Origin: Octopus sinensis
Lineage: Eukaryota
Length of the DNA: 64,000 bases
Assembly: GCF_006345805.1 (NCBI RefSeq)
Contig: NC_043002.1
Coordinates: forward strand, 61,318,001 to 61,382,000
Direction: 5' to 3'
Shown here: positions 11,632 through 24,929 of the stretch, piece after piece
How the letters are laid out: each line of letters starts with the position of its first letter
Numbering within the stretch: the stretch's first letter is position 1
The notes under the pieces: model-generated
What the model was told of the DNA's origin: nothing
The model's database searches: none
What the model saw: only the letters and a program-made list of their open reading frames with translations
Program-made: the position numbers and the translations under genes

Positions 11632-13519
11632 TATAATATATTTTCGCAATTTCTCCAAACTCCTTTATATTCGATGGTACATACAAAAAAAAATCGAACT
11701 TCAGTTGTTGCTGAAAGCAGAGTGGCTGACTGCTTACAACAATGTTATGAAAGTTGTTTGTAAGGTGTAGAAGGACAAAATATTTTTTTTTTATGTCGGA
11801 ACACTGGATATACACGGCAGAAATTCTAATTTTTAATATAATTCACACGAATGCATCTTACAAGGAAAGGAAAAAAATACGATCGGAAAAAAAAACAATA
11901 ATAAATATTTATAATTATTGCTTACCTTCCTTTAAATATCATATTTGCGTAAAAATAAAAAGAATATGAATGAAACATATTTTATAAAACGATCAAGCAT
12001 AAATAAAGGTATTCTAAAAACCTTAAACTATATTTACAGATATTCAAGGTGCTCCGTTGAAGAAGCACTGGCATGACACACACCGTTGGTAAGAAGCATT
12101 ACTGTTTTGATTCTCTTAGTAGCAGTGTGCTTCGCTTGTAATCTAACAAGTTTCAGTGTTAGTTTGTGACGCATGAGATGAATTAGGCACTAACAATTTC
12201 TTCTCAGAACCGTCCAAAATCAGGACAACCATTTATCAAAATAAATGGTAGTCTGCTTGTGAATATTCTTTATTTTCGCAGAAGGTGATATCTACTTAAG
12301 ACTGCATGAGTGAATACGTTAGTTATTTTTCAGAAGATAGGTTGTGATTTGGAGGCGATTTACGTGCAATGTCATACAAGTTAAATGAAACATTTGATGT
12401 TCAGTGGAAGATTCACAAAATGAGATCGATTTCCAGTTGTTGTCTTCATTTTATGGCTTACTTTGCACGAATTGAACTTGCACTTCGTTAACTCTGATCA
12501 AATATTGACAATATTATCTTTACTTTACATATTATATCATCTCTTGCTAATTTGATATTAAAACAAAACAAACTGGTTTTGAAGGAAATTTGACTATTAA
12601 TATTGGCAGGGCAGTAATGAAAGTCGAATTTCCATCTTTGGTCCACTGGCAATTAAATGAGAAAGCATCCGTTTGAGATATATTCTACGTTTTATTTGTA
12701 AACGCAGAAATAAAAAGGAAATAGGATTCCAATATTATTTTTGTTCACATCCTTGTAATAGATTTATATGCTATGTCCATAAGTTCATTGCTTCGAAATT
12801 CAGTAAAACATAAATAAATATATAGAATAATTGTTAGCAAAGTACTCCTTAAAATAATTTCTTTTCGCAGTCTAATTGAATGGTTTTCGTTGACATCTTT
12901 TTACAAATATTTTGTCTTTTATATCCTGGAAACGAAAATCTGCAACCTATATCAAAATGATTTATTTAATAAGAACATAAAACAAAAACAAAACAACGTT
13001 AGTTTATTGAATCTAATGCTGTAATCTTGTTTGTACGGCAATTATCTGGATATGTGGATAGACTTAATAATTTGCATTAGCCAGGCGTTAAATTAATAAA
13101 TGGCTTCCCTAACGTGTATTAGTAAATATTCATATCGTGTCACTAGTTGTTGAAGTATTAATAATTGGATCGACGGTCGAACCTACTATTTTCCCCATTC
13201 AATTATCTGCTTAAAATACGATAACTAGTTTCAGTAAAGCTAAAAGTCTACTTTAAACAATCATCTAGACGACTTTTCTATTCAGTTAATTCAATCAGCC
13301 TAATGCTTGCCAACACTTCGGTAAATAATATTACATTAATATATTAAGTTTGTAATATTATTTGAAAGAAAAAAAAGATCAATAATGATACAAACGGAAC
13401 ATGAATGTATTATTATATGGTTGATTTGTATATGAATAATAATACTGACAACAATAACAACAACAACAACAACAACAATAACAGCAATAGTAATAATGAT
13501 ATAATAATAATAACGATGT

Positions 13520-14070
13520 CATGATGCAATACCAGTCGGTGGAACATGTGGTTTCTGATCTTAACTGCTTGGAAGTGTTATCATCTACATTGTTTCGTCT
13601 TGGTATAAAAGATGGGCTACAGCAAATATTCTGCTCAATACCACAGATTTGCTTGTCAGTTGTTTGACCTTAACCAATTGACCATGTCCCTTAGTGGCTG
13701 ACGATATGTGTATCTCTGATCACGAGCAGAAGTAGTGGGGGAGCATCATAGCCATGTTTTGAGAGGGATTCTTCTGGGTTTGAATAATTCACTTCTGGAA
13801 ACATGTGTGTTTCGTTCAACTTCCTTAAACAACCATTACTCAAGGACCTTTTGAGCGGGATGGGTTACTCGATCAGAAGAAATTCTTACTGGGCCCCACC
13901 TGCAAGGTCATGTGCTGTTTATCTTGATATAAGATCACCATGTTACGCTCATATGGTTGTGATGCATGTGTCTGGTGTACCCTTATCAGACGTGTAGTCA
14001 TGATGGTTATACTGGGTTTCCTATACTTAACCCCAATGTCACTTTCATGACATGCACTGCTCTCTCACAC
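13520..14070. repeat. About 500-bp non-coding interspersed repeat embedded in (TAA)n; copy 1 of 3
   Basis: Matches 15090-15545 directly (atgggctacagcaaatattctg...ttttgagcgggatggg...cacctgcaag) and about 41390-41760 in reverse. Confidence 0.75.
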
Positions 14071-14074
14071 ACAA

Positions 14075-14081
14075 ATAATAA

Positions 14082-14123
<42 letters not shown>

Positions 14124-14203
14124 GAAGAAGAATGATAATAATAATAATAGTAATAATAATAATGATAATAATAATAGTAATAATAATGATAATGATAATA
14201 ATA

Positions 14204-14241
<38 letters not shown>

Positions 14242-14245
14242 TATT

Positions 14246-14276
<31 letters not shown>

Positions 14277-14325
14277 CAACAATAATAATAATAATATTAA
14301 TAATAATAATAATAATAATAATAAC
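14075..14325. repeat. (TAA)n microsatellite
   Basis: Read directly; source of the poly-Asn and poly-Ile ORFs. Confidence 0.95.
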
Positions 14326-14399
14326 GACAGCGTTATCATGTACATTGTTTTCTCGGTCAAACTAAAAAAATTGTGCAATGGGCGTACAACAACATGTAG

Positions 14400-15060
14400 T
14401 ACACGAATATTTATAAAATTGCGCAGTGGCGAACGGGGGTCGGGGGAGAGGATTCGCAAAATTCACATCGGGACTCTTCCGAGTCCTCTCACCACTACAA
14501 TTTTTGTGACGACGGGGTGCGGTCTTCGATAACTCACAGGATCCAGTAACCCCACTTCGACACCCGGTCACAAAACTGAAAGAAATAGTGTAATAGGTGT
14601 AAAATAATGTGTAGTAAAGGAATATGAAAAAAAAAATTTCGCCGACGAACGAGGAAGAGTTGAAAAGATTCAGAACATTCCGAGTCGTCTCCCCACCCCT
14701 CCCTGTCGCCAGCGTGCCTTTTGTTTTCATATTGGTTTACTCCATTTTGTTTTACACCTGTAACACTATTTTATTCATTTTTGTGACCAGGTTTCGAAAT
14801 GGGGTTACTGGCTCTTGTGAAATAGTCGAGTCTGCACCCCACCCATCCCATCACAAAATTTGAAAAACAAATCGTGTTCTAGTTGTAAAATAATGTGCAG
14901 TAAACGAATATGAAAAAAAAAAACAATTTCGCCGACGGACGGGTGAGAGGACGATGTGAATTTTTCGAGTCCTCTCCCCCGCCCCCTTTCCCCAAGGCGC
15001 ATTTTTTTCATGTTCATTTACTACATGTTGTGGTAAACCTATTGAACTATTTCGTTTTCT
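14400..15060. repeat. Imperfect GC-richer fold-back element with internal direct repeat
   Basis: ggggagaggattcgcaaaattcacatcg vs cgatgtgaatttttcgagtcctctcccc; ccagtaaccccacttcgacacccggtcacaaaa vs ttttgtgaccaggtttcgaaatggggttactgg; direct repeat gaatatgaaaaaaaaaa...atttcgccgacg at about 14620 and 14907. Confidence 0.7.
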
Positions 15061-15089
15061 TTTTGTTGCTCGGGTCAAAGACTTTAGTT

Positions 15090-15545
15090 TGACCGTTTTC
15101 TCTTGGTATAAATATGGGGCTACAGCAAATATTCTGTCAGTTGATTGACGGCATCTGGTTGAGCATGTTACTTACTGGCTGACGTGATGCGCATCTCTGA
15201 TCACGTGCAGAAATAGTAGGGGATTTTCATAGCCATTTGTTGAGTGGAATTCTTCGGGGTTTGAATAATTCACATTGGTGTTTCGTTCAATATCCTTAAA
15301 CACCCCTTATTCAGGGACGTTTTGAGCGGGATGGGCTACTTGACCGGAAGAAAATTCTAGGTGGGCCTCACCTGCAAGTTCATGCATCGTTTATCTTGCT
15401 ATAAGATAACCATGTCCCGCACATGTGGTTGTGATGCATTTACCTAGTGTACCTTTACCACTCAGGTAGACATGATGAGTATACTGGGAGGCGTATGTTT
15501 TACCCAAGTGTCAATTTGAGGGCATGCACTGCTTTTTCAATCAAT
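15090..15545. repeat. Copy 2 of the 13520 repeat family
   Basis: Colinear similarity to 13590-14070; followed by (TAA)n. Confidence 0.75.
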
Positions 15546-15550
15546 CAATC

Positions 15551-15601
<51 letters not shown>

Positions 15602-15604
15602 GAT

Positions 15605-16195
15605 ATTTTCTGCTCTAGGCACAAGGTCCGAAATTTTGGGGCAGAAGAACATTCGATTAGATCGACCCCAGTGCGATACTGGTACTTAATTTATCGACCA
15701 CGACAGGACGAAAGGCAAAGTCGACCTCGGCGGAATTTCAACGTAAAGAACGTAAATGCAGACGAAATACTTATTTCTTTACTGGCCACAAGGTGCTACA
15801 CACAGAGGAGACAAAGAAGGACAGACAAACAGATTAAGTCGATTTTATCGACCCCAGTGCGTAACTGGTACTTATTTCATCGATCCCGAAAAAATGAAAG
15901 GTAAAGTCGACCTCGGCGGAATTTGAACTCAGAATGTAGTGGCAGACAAAATACCTATTTCTTTACTACCCACAACGAGCTAAACACAGAGTGGACAAAC
16001 AAGGACAGACAAACAGATTAAGTCGATTACATCAACCACAGTGTGTAACTTTTACTTAATTTATCGACGCCGAAAGAATGAAAGGCAAAGTCGACCTCAG
16101 CAGAATTTGAACTCAGAACGAGCGGCAGACGAAATACCGCTAAGAATTTCAGCCGGAGAGCTAACGGTTCTACTAGCTCGCCGCCTTCGTCGCGC
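15605..16195 (-). mobile_element. Head-to-tail multimer (3 units) of the 3446 SINE family
   Basis: Repeated aaggcaaagtcgacctcggcggaattt at about 15715, 15900 and 16085 with the same linker as the 3.4-4.4 kb array. Confidence 0.75.
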
Positions 16196-16677
16196 TAATG
16201 TTATTGCTAACGCAAAACGTAAATGATTACCTAACAATTACTTCAAGTCACAAAATTCAAGCAAGACATCTCCCGTACATCACTGCATTATATTAAATAT
16301 GAAATGTAACAGTAAAAATTTAGAAGCACAGTGAATATTTCAGTCATATTTCTTTCTTTAATTATTTTAATTAATTTATATTTGCGAGCAGTTTGCTTGA
16401 CTTTCTTTTCCTTTTAATTAAACCAATTTAATATCATCTCATTAGTACTAGTTAGCGCAAATTTGGTTTCCTATTAAATGTTTATGATCGAGGTGACACA
16501 GCATTTTTTGCATTTGTTGAAATATATGTTTCTGAGTGAGATAGAGGGAGAAAAGAAAGGGAGAGAGAGAGAGAGAGAGAGAGAGTGAGCGAGAGTGAGG
16601 GAGTGAAAAAGAAAAGACAGAAACTTTATAGGAGTATATATATGTGTGTGCGTGTGTGTGATGTCTGTGTGTGTTTA

Positions 16678-17939
16678 CACAAAGCACGATGGGAAAATTC
16701 TCGCCATTTTATATTTTTAATTTCGCACATACACATATGATTTTTCGACGACACAAGATAGTAGGGTCAGTTGGGCACTGTCTGTGAGGAAAACAACTAT
16801 ATGCTGCAATACACTCTACTAGAAAATTGGAAACGGCATGCTGCACTGCTTGGCATTGGCGAACATTTCATAGCTTTTGCGTGTGAATCTAAGGAAAGTG
16901 CAAAGTATTCGGAAAAAGTTGGGTGGGTATAATGATTACTACGAAGGTACTGCAACTCGGAAAACACTCTCTGATCGTTCTGATGAGGAAACAACTCCTG
17001 AATTTGTTGATGAGATCCAGGCCATGATTAACAATCATCCCTCCAAGTCAATAAGGTCCATCGCCAGGGACATGGAAGTGTATAAGTTCCTTATAAGGCA
17101 GCTATTGCATGAAGGCAATCGATATTCCTCATACAAGATGAGAAAGGTCTAATTTTATCCCAATCTATGAAGAACAAGAGGAATGATCAAGCTACGAAGC
17201 TTTTGAACAACTCTAGCATACCATACAACCGAGCATGCTGTGGTTGTTCCCTCAGACGACAAAACATTCTGCCAGAATCAGATGCTGAACACCGAACGAC
17301 CGTTGGCTTGCCTTGTCCACAAACCATGTACCAATAGTGATACAAATCAAACATTCAGTCAACATGATGGGGCTTACAGTGGTCACTAGTGACGCGACAT
17401 TATACTTCCATTCACCATCCCATACGGCCTCACAATCAACACGGAGGACTACATCAAGTTCCTGGAGGAGGTAGTGCTCCTGCAGGAACAAGAGGGTGCG
17501 TCCGCATGAGACAATATGTCTGGCAAAAGGACACTGCACCATGACACGCAAACAGGAGCCCCCAATCATGGCTGTCATAAAATTTCTGCGACCACATCAC
17601 CCCTAACATCTAGCCGCCTAACTCACCAGACTGCAACCCTCTTGATTATTGTGTGTGGGGCGTAGTGGACAGAGAAACTGACAAAACTCATTGTAACACA
17701 AAAGATGAAGTGAAAGAAAGGATTATAGCAGCATTCAACAGCGCCCGAAAGGGTTGCAGGAGATTCTGAAGTCATCTGGAAAATTTTTGTTGAAACCAGT
17801 GGCAATTTTATTCAATAAATTTACTCCTTAGTATTTCCAGATATCTTTCTATAATTTTGGTAAATATATCTGTTAAAATTAGATGTCAATATTTCATCTT
17901 TGCGTACGCTAGACGACAATTTATTCATCGCACCATGTG

Positions 17940-17943
<4 letters not shown>
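16678..17943 (+). mobile_element. maT-type (DD37D) Tc1/mariner element, pseudogenised
   Basis: ORF 16877-17152 HTH region (PSKSIRSIARDM). Catalytic frame near 17518-17670 reads YVWQKDTAP*H...PPNSPDCNPLDYCVWG, with 37 residues between the two Asp and in-frame stops. Degenerate TIRs (acacaaagcacgatgggaaaatt / aatttattcatcgcaccatgtgt). Confidence 0.8.
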
Positions 17944-17974
<31 letters not shown>

Positions 17975-17977
<3 letters not shown>

Positions 17978-18048
17978 CGGACTTGTGCCTGGGAGGGTAA
18001 CTTTCTAGGTGCAATCCCATGGTCTGTGCCGTGACCGAAGGGGGTCTC

Positions 18049-18083
<35 letters not shown>

Positions 18084-18159
18084 ATATATGCCCGGACTTG
18101 TGCCTGGGAGGGTAACTTTCTAGGTGCAATCCCATGGTCTGTGCCGTGACCGAAGGGGG

Positions 18160-18163
<4 letters not shown>
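17975..18163 (+). repeat. Two identical 74-bp units (17975-18048, 18090-18163) separated and flanked by (TA)n
   Basis: gcccggacttgtgcctgggagggtaactttctaggtgcaatcccatggtctgtgccgtgaccgaagggggtctc occurs twice. Confidence 0.95.
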
Positions 18164-18203
<40 letters not shown>

Positions 18204-19029
18204 GATGCGATGAAAAAAATGTCGTCTAAAGACACCGTATTTCAGTATTTCGTTATGCAACCATAGTCAAATTCATTAGCCATTCACGACCACAAAAATA
18301 GATAGATAGAGATAGATACACACCCGCACATATCATTACATATAATTCTTGTATGTATTACCACGCCTATCACCTCAATTTTGATGCTTTTTATGAAATT
18401 ACAGTATCTCAAATATTAACACCGCATATGCTGAATATTATCTGGGTTTTTTTTCCTCGATATGAGATTACTATAGAAATATTTAACCATTCACTGTCTA
18501 AAGAAAATTATATATCTACGTGAAATGTCTATTGAAGGAAATGTAAAGATGTCAGAATGACGGGAACAATATTTTTCTAAACGATTTTGCCCTCTAAAAA
18601 TAAAAGTAAAATCAAGGGTGACAACTCCGATATTTAACTCATTTAAAAAGAATAATGATGAACTACAGTGGTCAGTGAATCTGCTATGAAGATAGAACAG
18701 GGAGAATAAATACACTTTACCTGCTTAAGCTAAGCTCTGGTACTTTATATACAGGAAATATTTCTGAGCTTACCACGTTGCATGACTTCCGCTTCTTTAT
18801 GTTCTCTTGTGAGAATTGCATTACATTTTTCATGATAATTTTAGGACTTACTCGATTTTCAAAAATCTTATAGTGAGTCACAAAAAATAAAACAATAACT
18901 TCATTGTCGGATTTTTGAGAAGTCAATTGTAAAAAGGAAAACAAAGTGCAGAACACACACACACATGCACACACACAAAAAGCTCTATTAGTGTGAACTA
19001 TTACGGGAAGATTATGTAATCTTCCAAAG

Positions 19030-19430
19030 GCAGCATGCTTGTACAATCATTCGCGCGTCGGACGAAATGATTAGCGGTATTTCGTCTGCCGTTACGTTCT
19101 GAGTTCAAATTCCGCCGAGGTCGACTTTGCCTTTCAGCCTTTCGGGTCGATTAAATAAGTACCAGTTACGCACCGTGGTCAATATAATCGACTTAATCCA
19201 TTTGTCTCTCCTTGTTCGTCCTCTCTGTGTTTAGCCCCTTGCGGGTAGTAAATAAATAAGTATATCGCCCGTCACTACGTTCTGAGCTCAACTTCCACCG
19301 AGGTCGAATTTGCAGTTCATTCTTTCGGTGACGACGAATTAAGTAGTCGTGAAATACTGGGGTCGATGTGAACGACGATACCCCTACCTGAAATTTTAGG
19401 CCTTGTCCCTTAAGTAGAAAGAATTATTTG
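19030..19430 (+). mobile_element. Dimer of the 3446 SINE family
   Basis: Two gagttcaaattccgccgaggtcgac-type units with the shared linker. Confidence 0.75.
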
Positions 19431-19571
19431 GTCTTTCTCGATTCTTATTTGCGTTATTATTGATCTTGCTTAGTATTAAACTGATTTCCATTATCGCGGG
19501 GTTTCAGATTTCTTTTGGTTATATGGATATATGCAGGCAGATATACACTCTTAGTCATGCAGTTCTTTTTC

Positions 19572-19660
<89 letters not shown>

Positions 19661-19817
19661 ATATATATATATATATATTTACCTACCTTTCCACCTTTCT
19701 GTAGAAGAGCGTAGGCCCGAAACGTAAAATACTTTTTCTATTCCTGAACGTTATACTAATACATCTGTTTGCTTTGCACACCACCTGTCTTCGTCTTTTG
19801 TTTTTTTCGTAAACTTT

Positions 19818-19882
<65 letters not shown>

Positions 19883-20344
19883 TACACATACACACACACA
19901 CACACGTATAACGGGAAGACAAAATTTAACCGCACTTACGTCCTAAATGTTCTTTATGTAAGCCGCCCTCTTTCCTCTTCGCTTGTGCTAATAGTGTTGC
20001 TATTGATGTTTACACAACCGTAGATTGACCTTTTACGTGTTTCACTCATTCAAGTGCAACCATGTTGGAGTACCGTAGAGAAACTGATGCCAACTCTTTT
20101 GTGGTATGCAAAAGGCCAATACTGGAACATTAAACTAAAAAAAGGTCTACAGCAGTAAGCTTGCGGACAACCAGAAGATGTCCATCAAATTGTAAGGATG
20201 TCATGTTGAAAGTGCTCTAACCCTGATTTTGATTTAGTAAACCGTAGAAACAAGAGTCTGTATAACTTTATAATTTGTGGTGCTTGCGTGTGTGTATATG
20301 TGTGTTTGTGTGCGTGTGGTGTCTGTGTGTGTGTATACATATAT

Positions 20345-21454
20345 ACTCGGTTCCTAAAGACACTTGGGGCCAACGGTATCCTAAGTCTGTCGCCAACTCC
20401 ATACAGGAACACACGCCAGCTAAACGTCGCAAGAGGGATTTCTAATACCTGTTCCTTGAAGATTCCTCACTTCAGTGAGAACACCGCGTCCGCCATCTAC
20501 AAGGTTATCTGCAGGGAAGGACTCAACATTTTGTGGGCCCATTCAGGACTGTCCCTACGCAAGCCTCTATCAACAAGGTGGTCACGTGCAATACAACAGC
20601 ACTGCAGACCCAAACACAGCCCAATTTTCAACTCTAACATCTGCCTACGTACGTGCCGGTTATACCAAATACGATGCCTTAAATGCGGCAATCACTTCGT
20701 TAGTAGCACAACACGAGCACTCCACGTCAGAGTTAAGGGTCATCTCACTACCAACACGTCCTCTTTCCGCAAACACCGGGCCAGATTTTGCAACATCACC
20801 AAAGAGACAGACGCCTCCATAGTAGCCTGTGGGAATAACATCGGCAATTTACTTATAACTGAGGCTCACTGTTCCACCGCTTCAACACGAAAGTCGATCG
20901 GATTTGGCTTTTACGACAGGATCGAACCGATGGTGAATGGCTTACAACGGCAACCGATATATGTTTACACCAACACTCAGTCAAGCGGCAACGCATCTGA
21001 AGGGCGACTGCCGCTGATACTATGGACATAAGACCGTCACACTACAAATGGTCTGTAGCATATACCAACAACTGGGTGTTTGTTTGCTTACCCCAACGCG
21101 TGGGACGTCGGTTACACCGATGTTTGGAGAGCGACTGCTACTGTTACATAAAGTCTAAAGAAACGAATGGTGTTATTATACGGTGCCGTAATTTACAATC
21201 CTGTAAATGGTAATAATGGTATCTTTATACACGCTTAAATTTTATGGCGATCACCTTGTATTGGTTGAGGAAAATAGTCTAATAACAAGGCATATAAGCC
21301 CTCGACAGAAAAAAGAAAGCTTTTCTATCTGCATGGGACACGAACACATATCCCTTTGTTAACGTGACTAAGTGTGTTACCTTTACAGGCGGATAGGAAA
21401 TCCTCCTTTTTTCTGTTGAGGGCTTATATGCCCCGTTATTAGACTATTTTCCTT
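20345..21454 (+). mobile_element. Penelope-like element 3' fragment (GIY-YIG endonuclease) ending in a short inverted repeat 21267-21454
   Basis: ORF 20288-21031 contains LKIPHFSE...LYQIRCLKCGNHFVSSTTRALHVRVKGHL, a degenerate GIY-YIG. Arms gaggaaaatagtctaataacaaggcatataagccctc / gagggcttatatgccccgttattagactattttcctt. Confidence 0.7.
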
Positions 21455-21706
21455 AGTCATTGCACAGTGAACGTCATAAGCTTTAAGCTTATATAAAAAT
21501 ACCAAACCTTATACAATATGAATGGTTTAAAGGAACCTACATAACTGAACTTTTCTTTGATTGTTTTTTTTTTTTGTTTGAAGATGGGCTTCTGCGCTTG
21601 AAATATAAAAGTTTTATTAAACTTTTAGCATTCTCAGAGGCTGTCTATTTTGTCTCTTTTTACAGTCTTCGATATTATAAATCTTCAAGCGAAATACAAG
21701 GCTCTT

Positions 21707-21841
21707 ATACATACATACATACATACATACATACATACATACATACATACATACATACATACATACATACATACATACATACATACATACATACATACAT
21801 ACATACATACATACATACATACATACATACATACATACATA
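21707..21841. repeat. (TACA)n microsatellite
   Basis: Read directly. Confidence 0.95.
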
Positions 21842-22437
21842 CGTGTGTGTATGTGAGATGTGCACACACACACAACTATGTATGAGTATGGATGTGGGTG
21901 TACATAAGTTGATGTTCAGATCAGAATAGTATATTTGCTAGTAAGTTCGTTTGCTATACTGCCCTGGAGAAAAAAAATTTATAAAATTGATTTGCTTCTG
22001 GCTGATCAGAAAATATCAAATAATGAGACAACCACATTATTTTGCACCGCATAAATCTGAACGTCTGTTTTGTGAAATTTAACAAATAATGTCAGTGAAA
22101 CGTCACCTTTCAGTATGCAAATTAATATCTCAGGGCTGCTGCATGAATTGTGCAGTTTCGTATATTTGAATCTCTATAATACACAGTATTAAATAAATAT
22201 ATAATAATAATAATGGACGATGTAATAGAAGCAACGTATTTCAGAATGGACAAAGAAAGGAATAATAATTTATATTTTGTGTAATCACTAAAATTATATA
22301 AAGCAATCATCATTTTAATTTTTGAATAAATTATCCTTCGTACGCTCCACTACCGTCTCGATAAAATAATGGTGGAGATCACTCATCAGTAGTTCAAACA
22401 ATTAACAGAACTAAAGTTATTGCACAATTATAGGTGA

Positions 22438-23303
22438 AGGCGTGGCTCTGTGGTTAGACGTTTGATTACCAACCACGTTGTTCCGGGTTCCATCCCTCTG
22501 CATGGCTACTTGTGCAATCGCCTTTTACTATAACTGACCAAAACCTTCATAGATGGAGACTGAAATAAGCCCGTCATGTATATTTTCTTTATATGTAAAG
22601 GCGCACACACACACACACACACAAATATGTGTTTATTTGCTCCTCCGTCTCTCCCCCATCACCGGTTGACGACTGGGGCTGGTGTATTTATGTCCCTACA
22701 GCTTAAGACCCCGGTAAAACAGACCGTTAGAATTGACACCAGGTTTTTTAAAAAAAGAGTATTGAGTTTGATCCGTTTCATTAACCATATTCAAGGCGGT
22801 GCTCGACCGCGGCAGCAGTCTAATGGCTGAAACAAGTTAGGGATTTAATTAATAGAAATAAAATTGTTATTGACTGTACTAGCTGGACCCGTGAATTTAT
22901 GGTAAATATGGGTTATTTCTGAAAACTCTATCCAAAATCCTGACAGCGTAACCTGTGTTGTGTCTATATTCGTAAGATAGTGACTCGTCTGTTACTCATT
23001 GAAAAGTGAACGAAATCGGAATACCATGATCACTTAATGCCCATTATTTATAGACTTTACATATTTATGCGCAATTTTATAGGACTTTCACAGCACTCAT
23101 ACAATAAGCATCCACTCTTATTTTTCCATTTATCCAGTAAACAAAATGAAAGGGCTGTGAAGCTAGAAGCTTCATTCACGATCAGAAGATTCCGGGTTCA
23201 GTCTCACTGAGTAGCAACTTGGATAGATGTCTTTTACTATAACCTCGGGCTGGACAAAGTCTTGTGTGTGGATTTAGTAGACGGAAACTGAATGAATCCC
23301 GTC

Positions 23304-23388
<85 letters not shown>

Positions 23389-24200
23389 TGTATGTATGTA
23401 TGTATGTATGTATGTATGTATGTATATTTGTGTGTTTGTGTTTGTACCGCTACCACCGCTTGTTAATGATGTGTTTGGGTCCCCGTAAATTAGTGTTTCG
23501 GAAAAAGAGATCGATAGAATAAGTACTAGGCTTAGAAAGAATAAGTTCTGATTTCGATTTGTTCGACTAAAGGCGGTGCTCCAGCATGGTTGCAGTCAAA
23601 TGAATGGCACGAATGAAAGAATAAAAGAATATACATATTCTGTACATATGATACAACCTTTAGTTAAATTGCATATATCTGCCCATTAAATAAGCGTGAA
23701 TATTTCATGGAATTTCACTTATGCGTATGCGTTAAGTGATAGGTGATATGAGAAAAAACTTAGTTCAATTTATAAAAAATGTACTTTTCAATATGCAATT
23801 ACCACTGCCACTTTCGCCACTTATAGTTCTTTATAGACGCAGGCGTGTCTCTGTAAGAATGTTACTTTCCAGCTACATGGTTCTGGATTCGGGCAGGTGT
23901 ATTCTGCTATAATCTCGGGCCAACCAAATGTATGGGAGTGGATTTGGTAAACGGAAAGTCAATGAACTCTGCCGTGTATATATATATATATTATATATAT
24001 GTGTATGTGTGTGTGTGTGTGTGTGTGTCTTTGTATCGGTATTGGTGTGTTTATGTTCCCATAACTTAAAGGTTCAGCAAAAGAGACCGATAGAGTAAGT
24101 GCCAAGCATAATATATAAGTACTGGTGTCGATTCATTCGACTAAAATTTCGAGGCGGTGCCCCACCATGGCGCATGATAATGACTGAAAGATGTAAAAAA
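22438..24200 (+). mobile_element. Three copies of the microsatellite-carrying SINE (about 22438-22840, 23155-23630, 23836-24200)
   Basis: Each has the tRNA-like head (gttccgggttc), the ggaaactgaa...cccgtc segment, an internal dinucleotide run and the ggcggtg(c)...gcatgg tail. Confidence 0.75.
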
Positions 24201-24929
24201 AAAAATGTAATTTAAAATAAATGCAAGTGCAAAAATGAAAAGGCAATCAAGATTTAAGTTCCTTCAGTAATTAAAAAAACACGGAAGTTGTGCAAATTTC
24301 ACTATTTTCAACCCAGCACGGTTTCAATGTCCTAATCACGGCAGAAATGTCCCTTATACCATTCTGATGTTAAGAAACAGCATATTGTTTTGGTCCCTGA
24401 TATTTTGCAAGTTTCATATTCGTGGCATTTGTCTGCAGATATGCCCACGCGTATCTGTGCTTGATTTAGTGTGACTATCATTGCAAACTAGTTGAGACAT
24501 GTTATGTTGGACCCTTAATTATTTCTTATGAAAATTGCTATTTTGAATGCGCTCTTACTCTTTTAATTGTGACATCACTTTGGTCAAGATTACTTTTTGT
24601 CAACTTCATGTTGTGTATGTGTTTTATATGAAATTTTGTCATCAAATATCTGCATTTGCTTACTTCAAAACTGTTGGCAATTCTGGAAAGGATTTTCCCC
24701 GGTGAGAACTGGCTTCAATATATGTATTGTTTTGTTTTTTTCCTCCAAATATCGCCAGTTGGGAGAGAACTAAACGCAGAAACAATCTTAATGTCTTCTG
24801 TATTCTTTGTAAGACTCTATCTGGGTTCCGAAACAAAATCATAGTTTTTGTAAAGGAAGCTTACCTTACTTTGGTATGAAACAGGGCGATCAAGACACAT
24901 CATAAGTACCCCATATAATGGGTAAAACA

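Noticed and set aside
13966-14532. Poly-Asn ORF and the many YI, poly-I, poly-L, poly-Y and poly-K ORFs in the track
   Set aside because: Simple-repeat translations with no domain content.
16978-17005. CTGATGAgga...tcc tGAA motif
   Set aside because: It lies in transposase coding sequence (SDEET), with no GAAA or stem III.
19700-19735. gaagagcgtaggcccgaaacgt (relative on the minus strand near 52760-52785) as a ribozyme
   Set aside because: No CUGANGA or compensated equivalent; cannot be folded convincingly.
20600-20760. Selenocysteine-coding Penelope-like element
   Set aside because: The GIY-YIG cysteine positions are TGC/TGT here and at 59031; no conserved in-frame TGA was seen.
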